DNA from: an uncultured Spirochaetota bacterium
GTDB taxonomy: Bacteria > Spirochaetota > Spirochaetia > SZUA-6 > Fen-1364
DNA: 64,000 nt
Reading direction: 5' to 3'
NCBI GenBank assembly: GCA_963820525.1
Contig: CAWGAA010000001.1
Span: 1,504,001-1,568,000, forward strand
The notes beneath the pieces are model-generated. The model saw nothing but the letters and a program-made list of their open reading frames with translations. It did not search any database and was not told the DNA's origin. Below, piece after piece: positions 37,675 through 47,188 of this stretch. The position numbers were made by a program, and so were the translations under genes. Every line of letters begins with the position of its first letter. Position 1 is the first letter of the stretch.

Positions 37675-37748
37675 TGCGTCCAGCCCGACTCGAACGGGCG
37701 ACCCACAGCTTAGAAGGCTGTTGCTCTATCCAGCTGAGCTATGGACGC
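37675..37748 (-). tRNA. tRNA-Arg(TCT)
   Basis: Reverse complement GCGTCCATAGCTCAGCTGGATAGAGCAACAGCCTTCTAAGCTGTGGGTCGCCCGTTCGAGTCGGGCTGGACGCA forms a cloverleaf. Confidence 0.97.
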
Positions 37749-37751
37749 ATG

Positions 37752-37824
37752 TCGGGATGAGTGGATTCGAACCACCGCTCTCCTGCTCCCAAAGCAGGCG
37801 CCTTAGCCGCTAGGCTACATCCCG
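37752..37824 (-). tRNA. tRNA-Pro(TGG)
   Basis: Reverse complement CGGGATGTAGCCTAGCGGCTAAGGCGCCTGCTTTGGGAGCAGGAGAGCGGTGGTTCGAATCCACTCATCCCGA. Confidence 0.96.
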
Positions 37825-37906
37825 AAGGCGAGCGCAAGCGATCGGCGGCGAAAGAGCCGCCCAAGGCCGCCGCTTTCCACGGACTCCAGCGCTTTCCCGA
37901 ACACGA

Positions 37907-37935
37907 AATGTACGGCTTTTGGGGGAGGCGGTCAA
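37907..37935 (-). promoter_or_regulatory. Putative promoter of the tRNA-Pro/tRNA-Arg operon
   Basis: TTGACC-17 bp-TACATT on the minus strand. Confidence 0.55.
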
Positions 37936-38047
37936 TCGTCGGCGGCTCGGCGCGGCTGTCCTGCGGCTCGGCGCCGAGCCGTCGTGGGGCGGCGCTTCAG
38001 GGATTGGCATCGCGCCAGCACGAGCGAAACGCTGGGCGCTTTCCCCC

Positions 38048-38500
38048 TTACTCGTCGCCGGAGATGGCCCGCAGGAACCGGCCGCGATCGGCTCCTTCCT
38101 TGAGCACCACGAGCAGGGTATCGTCTCCGCCCACGGTCCCGATCACTTCGGGGATGTTCAAAAGATCGATTGCGTAGGCGATCCCGGGAGCGTGGCCCAT
38201 CTTTGTCTTCACGACGGCCAGATTCCCGGAAAAATGGATGCCCGTGATCTCCCTGTGCAGATCGTCGCGGATGAAGGGGTCCTGTGTCGGCTCTTTTGGA
38301 GGGTCAACGGTATAGAGGTACTCGCCGTTGGTGTCCGGCACCCGGGCGACGCTCAAGAACTTCAGATCCCGGGAGAGAGTCGCCTGCGTCACGTCGACTC
38401 CCTCCTGCTCCAGGCGCTTGAGCAGTTCCTCCTGGCTGTGGATCCGCTCCGCATGGAGGATGTTATGGATCAGACGCCGTCTCGATTCCTGGCTTTTCAG
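38048..38500 (-). CDS. argR: Arginine repressor (probable CTG start)
   Basis: SQEELL, TQATLSRDL and GTVGGDDT; GGAGG 7 nt before CTG; in-frame TAA just upstream. Confidence 0.92.
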   Translation of the reverse strand: MKSQESRRRLIHNILHAERIHSQEELLKRLEQEGVDVTQATLSRDLKFLSVARVPDTNGEYLYTVDPPKEPTQDPFIRDDLHREITGIHFSGNLAVVKTKMGHAPGIAYAIDLLNIPEVIGTVGGDDTLLVVLKEGADRGRFLRAISGDE

Positions 38501-38532
38501 ATCCGTGCCTCCTTACCGGAAAATTAAGAATA

Positions 38533-38586
38533 GGGAATAATTATAAGGGGAGGTCATAATTATGCAAGTGCCGGCTCTCTGTCAAG
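38533..38586 (-). promoter_or_regulatory. argR promoter with two ARG-box-like palindromes
   Basis: TTGACA on the minus strand; GAATAATTATA and CATAATTATGCA elements. Confidence 0.5.
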
Positions 38587-38701
38587 CACCCTGGCAGAGA
38601 TGGGCCGAGAGGCTCGGCCCCAGCGGCCTTCGGGCTTGAACCCTAAGTTTTGACAATTCACAGGGCGGGCATTAGACTACACTGGAACGGAGAAATCCAG
38701 A

Positions 38702-40435
38702 ATGGATAACAGCGAGATCGCCGCCATTCTCCATGAAATCTCGGTGTTCAGCGATCTTTCCGGAGAAAACCCCTTCAAGTCCCGCGCTTTCGACGCCGCG
38801 TCCCGCGCCATTGATCAACATCCCGAGCCCGTGTCCGAGCTTGCCGCCCAGGGGCGTCTTCGGGAAGTCAAGGGCATCGGAAAGAGCATCGAGGAGACCA
38901 TCCTCGACATCGTGGCCCACGGCAGCTCCAAGCTCCTCTTCGAGATGAAGAACAAGTTCCCCCCGCAGATCACGGATCTGCTCTCCCTCTCGGGCATGGG
39001 ACCCAAAAGGGTCAAGGCCGTCTACGAGAAGCTCGGCGTCTCCACCATCGGAGAGCTGGAATACGCATGCCGGGAGAACCGCCTGGCCGTCCTGGAAGGC
39101 TTTGGCGAGAAGTCCCAGGCAAACATCCTTCGCGCCATCGAGTTCCAAAAGACCACCCAGGAGAGCCGCCTTTTCTCGGAGGCGCTCGCCATCGGGGAAG
39201 AGCTTGCGCGCCTGGCCGCCGAGTCCTCGCTTTTCCAGAGCGTCGACATTGCCGGAAGCCTTCGCAGGGGAAAGGCGGTTTTCAAGGACATCGACCTCCT
39301 GCTCGTGCCGAAGAAGGGAAAGACGATCGAGCAGGTGCAGAAGCTCCTCCTCTCATTCGCGGACACCGAACCGGCGGGGTCCGGAGTGATCGGCGCCGGA
39401 GAGACGAAGGTCTCCATCAGGAGGCAGGGGCTCCAGGTCGATTTTCGCATCGTGCCCGCCGCCTCGTATCCCGCCGCGCTCCAGCACTTCACGGGCTCCA
39501 AGGAGCACAATACCCACCTCCGCTCCCGCGCCAAGCTCATGGGGATGAAGATGAGCGAGTGGGGGGTCTACAAGGGCGAGAAAGCTCTGGATGTGAAGGA
39601 CGAGCGCGCCGTATACGAGGCGGTGGGCCTTTCATGGATCCCCCCCGAGATCCGCGAGGCAGACGGCGAGATCGAGGCCGCGGAGAGCGGGAAGCTTCCC
39701 GTCCTCGTGGAGGCGAAGGACTTGCGGGGCATGATCCACGTCCATTCCCGCGCATCGGACGGGGTCCGCTCGATCGGGGAGCTGGCCTTGGAATGCAGAA
39801 AGCGGGGATACTCCTACCTCTGCCTCTCGGATCACTCGCGGACGGCGGCGTACGCCGGCGGACTTTCCATCGAGCGGCTTCGCGAGCAGATATCAGAGGT
39901 GAAGAAGCTCAACAAGGAGCTCTCGCCCTTCCGCATATTCTGCGGCATCGAGAGCGACATCCTCTCCGACGGGAGTCTCGACTACCCGGATGAGGTGCTC
40001 TCCCAGCTCGATTTCGTGATCGGCTCCATCCACTTCAAGCTCTCCATGGACAGGGAGACCGCCACCGAACGGCTTTTGGCGGCGATCGTAAACCCCCGCC
40101 TCACGATACTGGGGCATGTAAGCGGCAGGCTGCTTCTCTCGCGCGAGGGCTACCCCTACGACGAGGAGAAGCTCCTCGACGCGATGGCGGCCAAAGGTGT
40201 GGTTCTCGAGCACAACTCGAACCCGCACCGCCTCGATCCTGACTGGGGAATGCTGAAAAGGGCGGCGCGGAAGGGGGTTCGGATCTCGATAAACCCCGAC
40301 GCGCACGACCTGGATGGATTCGACGACATGAGCTACGGCATCATCATGGCCAGGAAAGCGTGGCTGACGAAGAAAGACGTCCTGAACTGCATGAGCGTGG
40401 AGGAGATCGATGAGTTCTTCCGGAAAAGACGATAA
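38702..40435 (+). CDS. polX: DNA polymerase X / PHP exonuclease
   Basis: HhH GIG, AGSLRR, DID, FTGSKEHN; PHP motifs HVHS, SDH and DAH. Confidence 0.93.
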   Translation: MDNSEIAAILHEISVFSDLSGENPFKSRAFDAASRAIDQHPEPVSELAAQGRLREVKGIGKSIEETILDIVAHGSSKLLFEMKNKFPPQITDLLSLSGMGPKRVKAVYEKLGVSTIGELEYACRENRLAVLEGFGEKSQANILRAIEFQKTTQESRLFSEALAIGEELARLAAESSLFQSVDIAGSLRRGKAVFKDIDLLLVPKKGKTIEQVQKLLLSFADTEPAGSGVIGAGETKVSIRRQGLQVDFRIVPAASYPAALQHFTGSKEHNTHLRSRAKLMGMKMSEWGVYKGEKALDVKDERAVYEAVGLSWIPPEIREADGEIEAAESGKLPVLVEAKDLRGMIHVHSRASDGVRSIGELALECRKRGYSYLCLSDHSRTAAYAGGLSIERLREQISEVKKLNKELSPFRIFCGIESDILSDGSLDYPDEVLSQLDFVIGSIHFKLSMDRETATERLLAAIVNPRLTILGHVSGRLLLSREGYPYDEEKLLDAMAAKGVVLEHNSNPHRLDPDWGMLKRAARKGVRISINPDAHDLDGFDDMSYGIIMARKAWLTKKDVLNCMSVEEIDEFFRKRR

Positions 40436-41192
40436 GAAAAAGATCCAGGCGGGCGGCCCACGGCGGCAGGGCAAGAAGGCTTCGGCGGCCCAAAAGCGCC
40501 CGGCAGCCTCCACGGCGGCCCCGGCGGGGTTTGCGGACATCCGGGAGGCGCCGGCGGAGCGCGCCAGGCGGGCGCGGGAGATCGCGCGGATTCTCGCCGC
40601 CCAGTATCCCGATGCCCGCTGCATGCTCGACTACCAGAACCCCTACCAGCTTCTCATCGCGACGATTCTCGCCGCGCAGTGCACCGATGAACGCGTCAAT
40701 ATGGTGACTCCAGCTCTGTTCCGGCGCTACCCCGACCCCGAAAAGATGGCCGGCGCTTCGATCGAGGAGCTGGAAGCCCTGGTGCGGTCGACGGGATTCT
40801 TCCACAGCAAGGCGAAGAGCATCCAGGGCGCATCCGAGGCCATTGCCCGGCGTTTCAAAGGGGAGCTGCCCCGCACCATGGAGGGGTTTCTCGAGCTTCC
40901 CGGCGTGGGAAGGAAGACGGCGAACGTCGTTCTGGGAAACTGCTACGGGGTTCCCTCGATTGTCGTGGACACCCACGTGCGCCGCGTCGTTCAGAGGCTG
41001 GGATTGGCAGACACCGACAACCCTGACGCGATCGAAGAGCAGCTTCAGCCCCTCATTCAGCGAGATGAGTGGACGGCGTTCTCGCATGCCGTCACCTTCC
41101 ACGGCAGACGATGCTGCATGGCGAAAAAGCCGAACTGCCCCGGCTGCCCAGTGGAACGCCTCTGCCCCTGGACGCTCAAGACGGTCCGGTGA
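40410..41192 (+). CDS. nth: Endonuclease III
   Basis: LPGVGRKTAN, VDTHV and 4Fe-4S motif CMAKKPNCPGCPVERLC; start uncertain. Confidence 0.93.
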   Translation: MSSSGKDDKKKIQAGGPRRQGKKASAAQKRPAASTAAPAGFADIREAPAERARRAREIARILAAQYPDARCMLDYQNPYQLLIATILAAQCTDERVNMVTPALFRRYPDPEKMAGASIEELEALVRSTGFFHSKAKSIQGASEAIARRFKGELPRTMEGFLELPGVGRKTANVVLGNCYGVPSIVVDTHVRRVVQRLGLADTDNPDAIEEQLQPLIQRDEWTAFSHAVTFHGRRCCMAKKPNCPGCPVERLCPWTLKTVR

Positions 41193-41201
41193 GAGGGCCG
41201 G

Positions 41202-41507
41202 ATGCCGAATATTCTGATCCGCGGAAGCGGGGAAGTCATCGAGACGGGCCTTCTCACCTCGCTGCTCAATGCCCTGCTTTCAAAGGGCTTTCCCATAGAA
41301 ACCCTCTGCGGCGGGAAGGCCGAGTGCGGCAAGTGCTTGATCAGGGTCCATTCCGGGGCGGGGTTCTTGAGCCCTCTTCGTGACAGGGAGAAGCGGAGAC
41401 TGGAAACCCTGGGCGCGGGCGCCGACATGCGTCTGGCCTGCCAGTGTTATACGAGGGGCGACATCGAGATCGAGGTGATCAACCGCCGCAAACGGGCTGA
41501 AACATAG
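41202..41507 (+). CDS. 2Fe-2S ferredoxin-like protein
   Basis: CGGKAECGKC...RLACQ. Confidence 0.9.
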   Translation: MPNILIRGSGEVIETGLLTSLLNALLSKGFPIETLCGGKAECGKCLIRVHSGAGFLSPLRDREKRRLETLGAGADMRLACQCYTRGDIEIEVINRRKRAET

Positions 41508-41577
41508 GCCCGCGGAACGCCGCGGGGAGCCTTCCCATGCTTTGATTTCCCCCCCTCCTGTGATATACTTGGCTTGG

Positions 41578-43419
41578 ATGACTCGAAAGGTTGCCTGGGC
41601 CAGCGCCATAGGATTATTCATTATCCTCCTCTTCGCCTGCGGCAATGACTCGTTTCTCCTGCCGTTGAGCAAGGAGGCAACGGACCTCGAGATTCGAAGC
41701 CTCACCGACGGCCAGATCCTCTTCCCCGGAGACGGCGTGCCCGTGGAAATAGCGGCTGCCAACAACCAGAAGGCCAAGGATCTGGAGTTGGAAGCCGTGG
41801 TCTATTCTCCGGCCGGAGAAAAGGTGTGGTCCTCCGAGCGGCTTTCCGTCCCGACGCTCAATGAGCCCCTGACGCCGCTCCAGCTTCCGGATCTGGCAAC
41901 GGGCCAATACAAGCTGGAATTGACTCTCTTCTCCTCGGGAGACGAGGTCCAGAAGAAGACGGTCACTTTCTTCAATTCGAAGGCACGGCTGCGCATCGCG
42001 GGGATCAAATCGTTCCCTGCCGTCATAACAACGGCATCGCCGGTGCTCCTCAGGGCCGAGCTCGACGCCCCGGCAGACTCGGATCCCTATCTCCGCTGGT
42101 CCTGGAAGGGGAAGGCCATCGCCAATGGAACAGCCGGCAAGGGATACGGGGAAGTGCTCTGGACGGCTCCGGCGGAAGAGGGGGTCTATACCATCACCCT
42201 GGAGGTGTTCCCGGCGGCGCCGGCAGCGCAGGACAAGCCGTTGAGCTCTTCGCTCACCATGTCCACGGACATCTACGTATCCGCCGTGAAGAAGGCGGCC
42301 CCCACCGAGCTGGGCCCGGAGAGCTCGTACTTCGCCCTGTACCACTTTCAGGCGAACCTCAAGGATTCCGCCACCACGGGCGCCGGCGCGGACGCCACCC
42401 TCATTGGGACTCCGCACATCGTACCCACGGAAGACGGCTTCGGCTACTCGTTATCAGCCGGAGATGGAATCCTGATTCCGCGGCTCGTCCTGCCCGCCGA
42501 ATCGGGCACCCCGAAGCCGTTCACCGTGAACATGGTCATGCGCCTCGAATCGGCTCCCCCGCCGCAGTCGCGCCTCCTTTCGATAAGGTCCGGGGACGGG
42601 GGATTCGCGTTCGACATCTCCATTTCCGGAGACTCGCTCTCGCCGGAGCTCACCCTCTCCACGAAAGGCTCGCAGGATTTCAGGGTGCCCTCGAATGCCC
42701 ACATGCAGAAGGACCAGAGGCATCTTCTCTCCATCTCCCTGATACCGCGGGAGGGCGGCAGCTTCACCGTCCAATGGTTCCTCGATGGCGAGCAGACCAA
42801 TTCCGTCGAGTCCCCTTCTCCGCTCGCCACGCTCAGCCCGGGAAAAACGGTCATTGGCGGCGAGAACGGTTTCGCGGGCATCATCGACGAGTTCGGCGTC
42901 TTCTATCGCGACGAGAACGGGGCCCCCTCCACGGATCCCGGCCTCTTCAACCGCGCGGCCCTCGAGAAGTACAAGGACGCCCTGGTGCTCGCAGAAGGTT
43001 TCGACGGCCTTTCGCTTCCGTCGGGCTTCACGATGAGCGGGACGGGTTCCCTCGACCTGGGGCTGGTGAGCCTGCCCAAAGAGGCCGCTCTGAAGCTTCC
43101 GCCGATTCCTCTCGGGGATGAGGGCGTGGACACCCGTTTCGAGCTTACCCCGGGCTCCTCCCAGGCGGCGGTCTTGAGCCTGTCGTGGGAGGGGCAGGAG
43201 GCGCCATTCCTGAGCGCTGCCATCGCGGCGAAGGCCGGCGTATTGCAGTTTTCCCTCACGGGGGAGAAAGTCACCTTCGCCGGCCCCGACGGCCTGAAAA
43301 CGGCGAAGGCAGGCGCGCACGCCAAGGATGCGAAGCTGGCAGTCCTCATTTCGGCGCCCGCAGATGCCAGGTCTGCCGTGATCGTGGACAGCGTCCTGAT
43401 TATCCAGAAGAAAGAGTAG
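41578..43419 (+). CDS. Large lipoprotein with Ig-like and LamG-like jelly-roll domains
   Basis: Lipobox LFAC; WFLDGE...FAGIIDEF LamG-like pattern. Confidence 0.7.
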   Translation: MTRKVAWASAIGLFIILLFACGNDSFLLPLSKEATDLEIRSLTDGQILFPGDGVPVEIAAANNQKAKDLELEAVVYSPAGEKVWSSERLSVPTLNEPLTPLQLPDLATGQYKLELTLFSSGDEVQKKTVTFFNSKARLRIAGIKSFPAVITTASPVLLRAELDAPADSDPYLRWSWKGKAIANGTAGKGYGEVLWTAPAEEGVYTITLEVFPAAPAAQDKPLSSSLTMSTDIYVSAVKKAAPTELGPESSYFALYHFQANLKDSATTGAGADATLIGTPHIVPTEDGFGYSLSAGDGILIPRLVLPAESGTPKPFTVNMVMRLESAPPPQSRLLSIRSGDGGFAFDISISGDSLSPELTLSTKGSQDFRVPSNAHMQKDQRHLLSISLIPREGGSFTVQWFLDGEQTNSVESPSPLATLSPGKTVIGGENGFAGIIDEFGVFYRDENGAPSTDPGLFNRAALEKYKDALVLAEGFDGLSLPSGFTMSGTGSLDLGLVSLPKEAALKLPPIPLGDEGVDTRFELTPGSSQAAVLSLSWEGQEAPFLSAAIAAKAGVLQFSLTGEKVTFAGPDGLKTAKAGAHAKDAKLAVLISAPADARSAVIVDSVLIIQKKE

Positions 43420-43463
43420 CCTAAAAAGAAGCGGGCCCGAACGCCCGGTCCCCCCTGAAGCGA

Positions 43464-44339
43464 TCAGTGGATGAGCCTTCGAAGAAGGGCGTCCTTCTTG
43501 CGCCAGTCCTTGTCCACCTTTACACGGATATCCAGGCGCACGGTGTAGGGGAAAAGCTCCGCGAGCTCCGCCTCGGATTCCCGCACGATCCGCTTGATCT
43601 TCTCCCCCCCCTTGCCCACGAGGATGCCCTTCTGGGATTCCCGCTCAACCAGGATGAATCCCCGGGCCCAGAGGCTCCTGCCCTCGTCGCGCATCTCCAG
43701 GTCCTCCAGCTTCACGTAGAGGGCGTGAGGCACCTCGTCGCGGGTGAGGTTGATCGCCTTCTCCCGGATGATCTCCGAGATCCTGAAATCGGGGGGCTGG
43801 TCCGTGTAGTATTCCTCGGGATAGAGAAGCTCGCCTTCCGGCGCCAAGGAGAGGAGCTTCTCGATCAATGCCTCCACCCCGTCGCCCTTGAGGCCGGAGA
43901 TCTCCAGGAGCGCGGCGCCGGGCAGTCCCTTTTCCAGCATCCGCCGCTGCTCTTCCCAGGAAGCACCCGCGGAATCCTTCTTGTTGAGCGCGACGACGGC
44001 GGGCTTGGAAAGCGGAGCCAGCTTGTCGATCAGCGCCTGCTCCTCCTCCCCGAAGCTTCTCGTGCCGTCAACCACGGAAAGAAGGATGTCCGCTTCCGAG
44101 GCAGCGGAGGAGACGAGGTCCATGAGGTAGCGATTCAGCTTCTTTTCGGAGAGGTGGAAGCCGGGGGTATCGATGAAGACCAGCTGCCCGGCCGGCCGGG
44201 TCACTATGGCGCGCACGCGGTTGCGCGTTGTCTGGGGTGTGGCCGAGACGATGGACACCTTGGCGCCGCACATCGAGTTGAGGAGCGTCGACTTGCCGGA
44301 GGAAGGCCGCCCGAGAACGGCCACGGTGGCGACTTTCAT
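43464..44339 (-). CDS. era: GTPase Era
   Basis: GRPSSGKS, QTTR, DTPG, NKKD and KH domain VGKGG. Confidence 0.95.
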   Translation of the reverse strand: MKVATVAVLGRPSSGKSTLLNSMCGAKVSIVSATPQTTRNRVRAIVTRPAGQLVFIDTPGFHLSEKKLNRYLMDLVSSAASEADILLSVVDGTRSFGEEEQALIDKLAPLSKPAVVALNKKDSAGASWEEQRRMLEKGLPGAALLEISGLKGDGVEALIEKLLSLAPEGELLYPEEYYTDQPPDFRISEIIREKAINLTRDEVPHALYVKLEDLEMRDEGRSLWARGFILVERESQKGILVGKGGEKIKRIVRESEAELAELFPYTVRLDIRVKVDKDWRKKDALLRRLIH

Positions 44340-44341
44340 CG

Positions 44342-45892
44342 CTATCCGGGAAAGACCCTTCGAATCCCGTCGAACTCGTCGGCTACGGACTCGAAAATAT
44401 CGAGGAGAATGGGATCGAATTGCGCCGTTGAGTTGCGCAGGATCTCCTCCACCGCCTTCTCGTGCCCCCAGGCCTCTTTGTAGGGCCGCTTGGTCGTGAG
44501 GGCATCGTAGACGTCGGCGAGGGCGGAAATCCGCGCGCTCAGGGGAATCCTCTCACCCTCCAGCCCCGAGGGATACCCCGATCCGTCATAGCGCTCGTGA
44601 TGGGACAGGGCGATTGTCGATGCGAGCGTGAGAAACGATTGCTCTCCCAGCTCCTTGTCGGCCCGATGGAGGATGTCCCACCCCGCCGTGGTGTGCCGCT
44701 TCATGATCTCCCACTCCACCCCGTCGAGCCTTCCCGGCTTCAGGAGGATGCTGTCAGGGATGCTCACCTTGCCGATGTCGTGAAGCATGCTGGACAGTGA
44801 GATGTCCGTGGGATACGTGGCGGTCAGGTGGAAGGAGTAGGGCTTGTTCTCATAGACCTGCTGCGCGATGATCCGCGTATACTCGCACATCCTCTGCAGG
44901 TGGAAGCCCGTCTCCTGGTCGCGATATTCGGCAAGGCGGGCCAGCGCCCGGATGGAGGTGACCTGGGTCCGCTGGAGGGTCTGGGAAGCCGCGATGATCC
45001 TGTCGTTGAGGAGCTCCTGGATCTCCAGGGCGTCCTTCAGCTCCTTGTTTGCGGCGAGGAACCCCGTGACGTCGAAGAAGATCCCGAAAACGAATGCCCC
45101 CACCGTCACGGCGGAGTCCTGGATCTCCAGCCTCCGGCCGTTGCCCGAGCGCACGCCGAGGGCAAAGGAGCTCACCTTGCCGTGGATCTTCAGGAGGTTG
45201 AGCTCCGCGGCCCTGCTCTGAGGCTCCAGGAAGAAATCGGGCCTCAGGCGAAGCTCGTTCACCGAGCCGTACCCCACCAGGCGAAGGAATGCGGGACTGG
45301 CGTAGATGAGCGTGCCGCTGGAGTTGCTCATATAGAGGGGGAGATCGAGGCCTTCGGTGATCAGGTCGAAGCCGGGGTTCACGGCGCCGGTTCCCGAGCT
45401 GATCTTTCTGTCCACCAGGAGGCTGATGAAAGCCCGCTCCCGCTCCAACTGCTCCTGCAGGGATGATCTTTCAAGGATGCATCTGAGGAACATCGCCCCC
45501 AGAGAGATCTCCAGCTCATGGGAAGCCGCTGCCCCGGCCGCATCGTCCCCCCGGAGCAGCATTGCGCTGACGGGCATCCCCTTCTCGATCCAAACGGGAT
45601 GGAAATATGCATGCTCGGCCGCCCCGCCATCGGGCCGGGAAACGGTCAGGGAGGAGGGACAGGCGAGGGCCTGAGGCGGAGCATCGAGATGCACGAATCC
45701 GGCTTCAGCCAGGGCTGCGAATGTCCCAAACCCCGCGAGAACGCCGGGTTTCTCAGTGCCGGGTCTCAAATCGATGAACGCTGCGCCGTCGACGTTCAGG
45801 CGGGAGGCGATCCAGCGCAGCACGGAGGCAATCCTCGAGGGACGGTCTCCGTCACCATCAACGACTTTCACGAGTTGAATGAGTTCTTCCAA
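44342..45892 (-). CDS. HD-GYP phosphodiesterase with N-terminal sensory (PAS-like) region
   Basis: LHDIGK, HHERYDGSGYP and DVYDAL. Confidence 0.9.
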   Translation of the reverse strand: MEELIQLVKVVDGDGDRPSRIASVLRWIASRLNVDGAAFIDLRPGTEKPGVLAGFGTFAALAEAGFVHLDAPPQALACPSSLTVSRPDGGAAEHAYFHPVWIEKGMPVSAMLLRGDDAAGAAASHELEISLGAMFLRCILERSSLQEQLERERAFISLLVDRKISSGTGAVNPGFDLITEGLDLPLYMSNSSGTLIYASPAFLRLVGYGSVNELRLRPDFFLEPQSRAAELNLLKIHGKVSSFALGVRSGNGRRLEIQDSAVTVGAFVFGIFFDVTGFLAANKELKDALEIQELLNDRIIAASQTLQRTQVTSIRALARLAEYRDQETGFHLQRMCEYTRIIAQQVYENKPYSFHLTATYPTDISLSSMLHDIGKVSIPDSILLKPGRLDGVEWEIMKRHTTAGWDILHRADKELGEQSFLTLASTIALSHHERYDGSGYPSGLEGERIPLSARISALADVYDALTTKRPYKEAWGHEKAVEEILRNSTAQFDPILLDIFESVADEFDGIRRVFPG

Positions 45893-45995
45893 CGGCCCCG
45901 CCTTTATCCCTTAATATGCCAGCAAAAAAGAGAAATTTCCAGCTTTGGAGAAAAAACCATTCGATAATACCATCCGATACAGGCTGGGCCGATGG

Positions 45996-46859
45996 TCAGG
46001 TCTTCCAATACTTGCCGTAGAATATAGCCAGCTTTCTTTTTAAATCGTAAGGAACATACGAGCTGTCCGTCATGAAAGCGTTTGCGGCCGCATGCCGGCA
46101 TCCGCAGTCGTCTCTGCCCTTCAAGGCCGAGACCAAGTCGGGGAGCAGCCTCTGGATTGCCGCCGTATTGCCGCGCATCGTCGCCATTATCATGTCCACG
46201 GAAACGCTCTCCTCGCTTTCCCTCCAGCAATCGTAGTCTGTGACCATGGCCACGGTGGCATAGCACATCTCGGCTTCCCTGGCAAGCTTCGCTTCGGGAA
46301 GCGCCGTCATGCCGATGAGCTGGGCATTCCATGCGCGGTGAAGCTCGGATTCAGCCCGAGTGGAAAAAAGCGGCCCCTCCATGCATACGTACGTTCCCGA
46401 GCCATGAAAAGGGTGCCTGTGGCGAGCGAAGACACCCCCCATTGCCTCCCGCATTCTCGAACAGAACGGCTCGGCAAACGGCACATGCCCCACGAGGCCG
46501 GAGCCGAAGAAGCTCATTGCCCGCCTGCACGTCCTGTCCACGAGTTGGTCGCAGAGCACGAAGTCCCCCGGCTTTATTTCCTCTGTGAGCGATCCGACGG
46601 CGCTCACCGAGATGATCTGCTCCACCCCCAACGACTTCAAGGCCCAGATGTTCGCGGCCGAGGGGACCTCGGCCGGGAGGTAGCGGTGCCCTTTGCCGTG
46701 TCGGGGCAGGAAAGCGACGCGCTCGCCCGAGATCTCGGCAACCGCGATCACGTCCGAGGTCAAGCCGAAGGGCGTGGGCACTTCGATTTCCTCCAGAATC
46801 CTCATTCCTTCGATGGCGTACAACCCGCTGCCGCCGATCACCGCGATCGGTGTCTTCAT
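45996..46859 (-). CDS. mtnP: S-methyl-5'-thioadenosine phosphorylase
   Basis: IGGSG, PRHG, EGPLFSTRAES, GMT and TDYDCW. Confidence 0.93.
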   Translation of the reverse strand: MKTPIAVIGGSGLYAIEGMRILEEIEVPTPFGLTSDVIAVAEISGERVAFLPRHGKGHRYLPAEVPSAANIWALKSLGVEQIISVSAVGSLTEEIKPGDFVLCDQLVDRTCRRAMSFFGSGLVGHVPFAEPFCSRMREAMGGVFARHRHPFHGSGTYVCMEGPLFSTRAESELHRAWNAQLIGMTALPEAKLAREAEMCYATVAMVTDYDCWRESEESVSVDMIMATMRGNTAAIQRLLPDLVSALKGRDDCGCRHAAANAFMTDSSYVPYDLKRKLAIFYGKYWKT

Positions 46860-47000
46860 CCGCGTCCTCCCCTGGCTCAAAAGGTCTCTCCATTGTTTCC
46901 CTTTTTCCCACCTCGCGCAAGTGAGCCGGAGGGACTATACAAGCGATCCCCCTTCCGCGGTTTTTTTTTCACTCCGGCGGCCGTGAAAAAGAGTTTTCCA

Positions 47001-47129
47001 TTGACAACAGGGGAAAGGGATGTATAATCAACAAGCTTTTTGGGAGTCTTCCGCCCCACAACCTCCAGCACCAAATGGAGGACGGAAGGTTGACGGGTGG
47101 CCGGGGTAGAGATACCCCGGCCTTTTTTT
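47001..47129 (+). ncRNA. Candidate ~95 nt small RNA or attenuator leader with its own promoter and terminator
   Basis: TTGACA-16 bp-TATAAT (47001-47028); hairpin CTTCCG/CCTCCA..TGGAGG/CGGAAG; terminator GGCCGGGGTA-GAGA-TACCCCGGCC-T7. Confidence 0.55.
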
Positions 47130-47188
47130 CCAGCGCCCCGCCGCACTCATTGCCAAGCGGCGTGAAATTCTTTACTGTAGTGACTAGT

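Larger units (their letters stand above)
25448..37719. mobile_element. 12.2 kb integrated phage-satellite-like (P4/PICI-like) element in tRNA-Arg(TCT)
   Basis: 44 bp att repeats, intact integrase, AlpA/Xis, D5 helicase with iterons, RM cargo; no structural phage genes. Confidence 0.9.

Noticed and set aside
25448..37719. Complete prophage or ICE
   Set aside because: No capsid, tail, terminase, lysis, relaxase or T4SS genes within the att boundaries.
38581..38654. GTCAAGCACCC...TTGAC resembling an IS200/IS605 or omega-RNA end
   Set aside because: Explained by back-to-back TTGACA promoter boxes of argR and polX; no tnpA, tnpB or iscB nearby.
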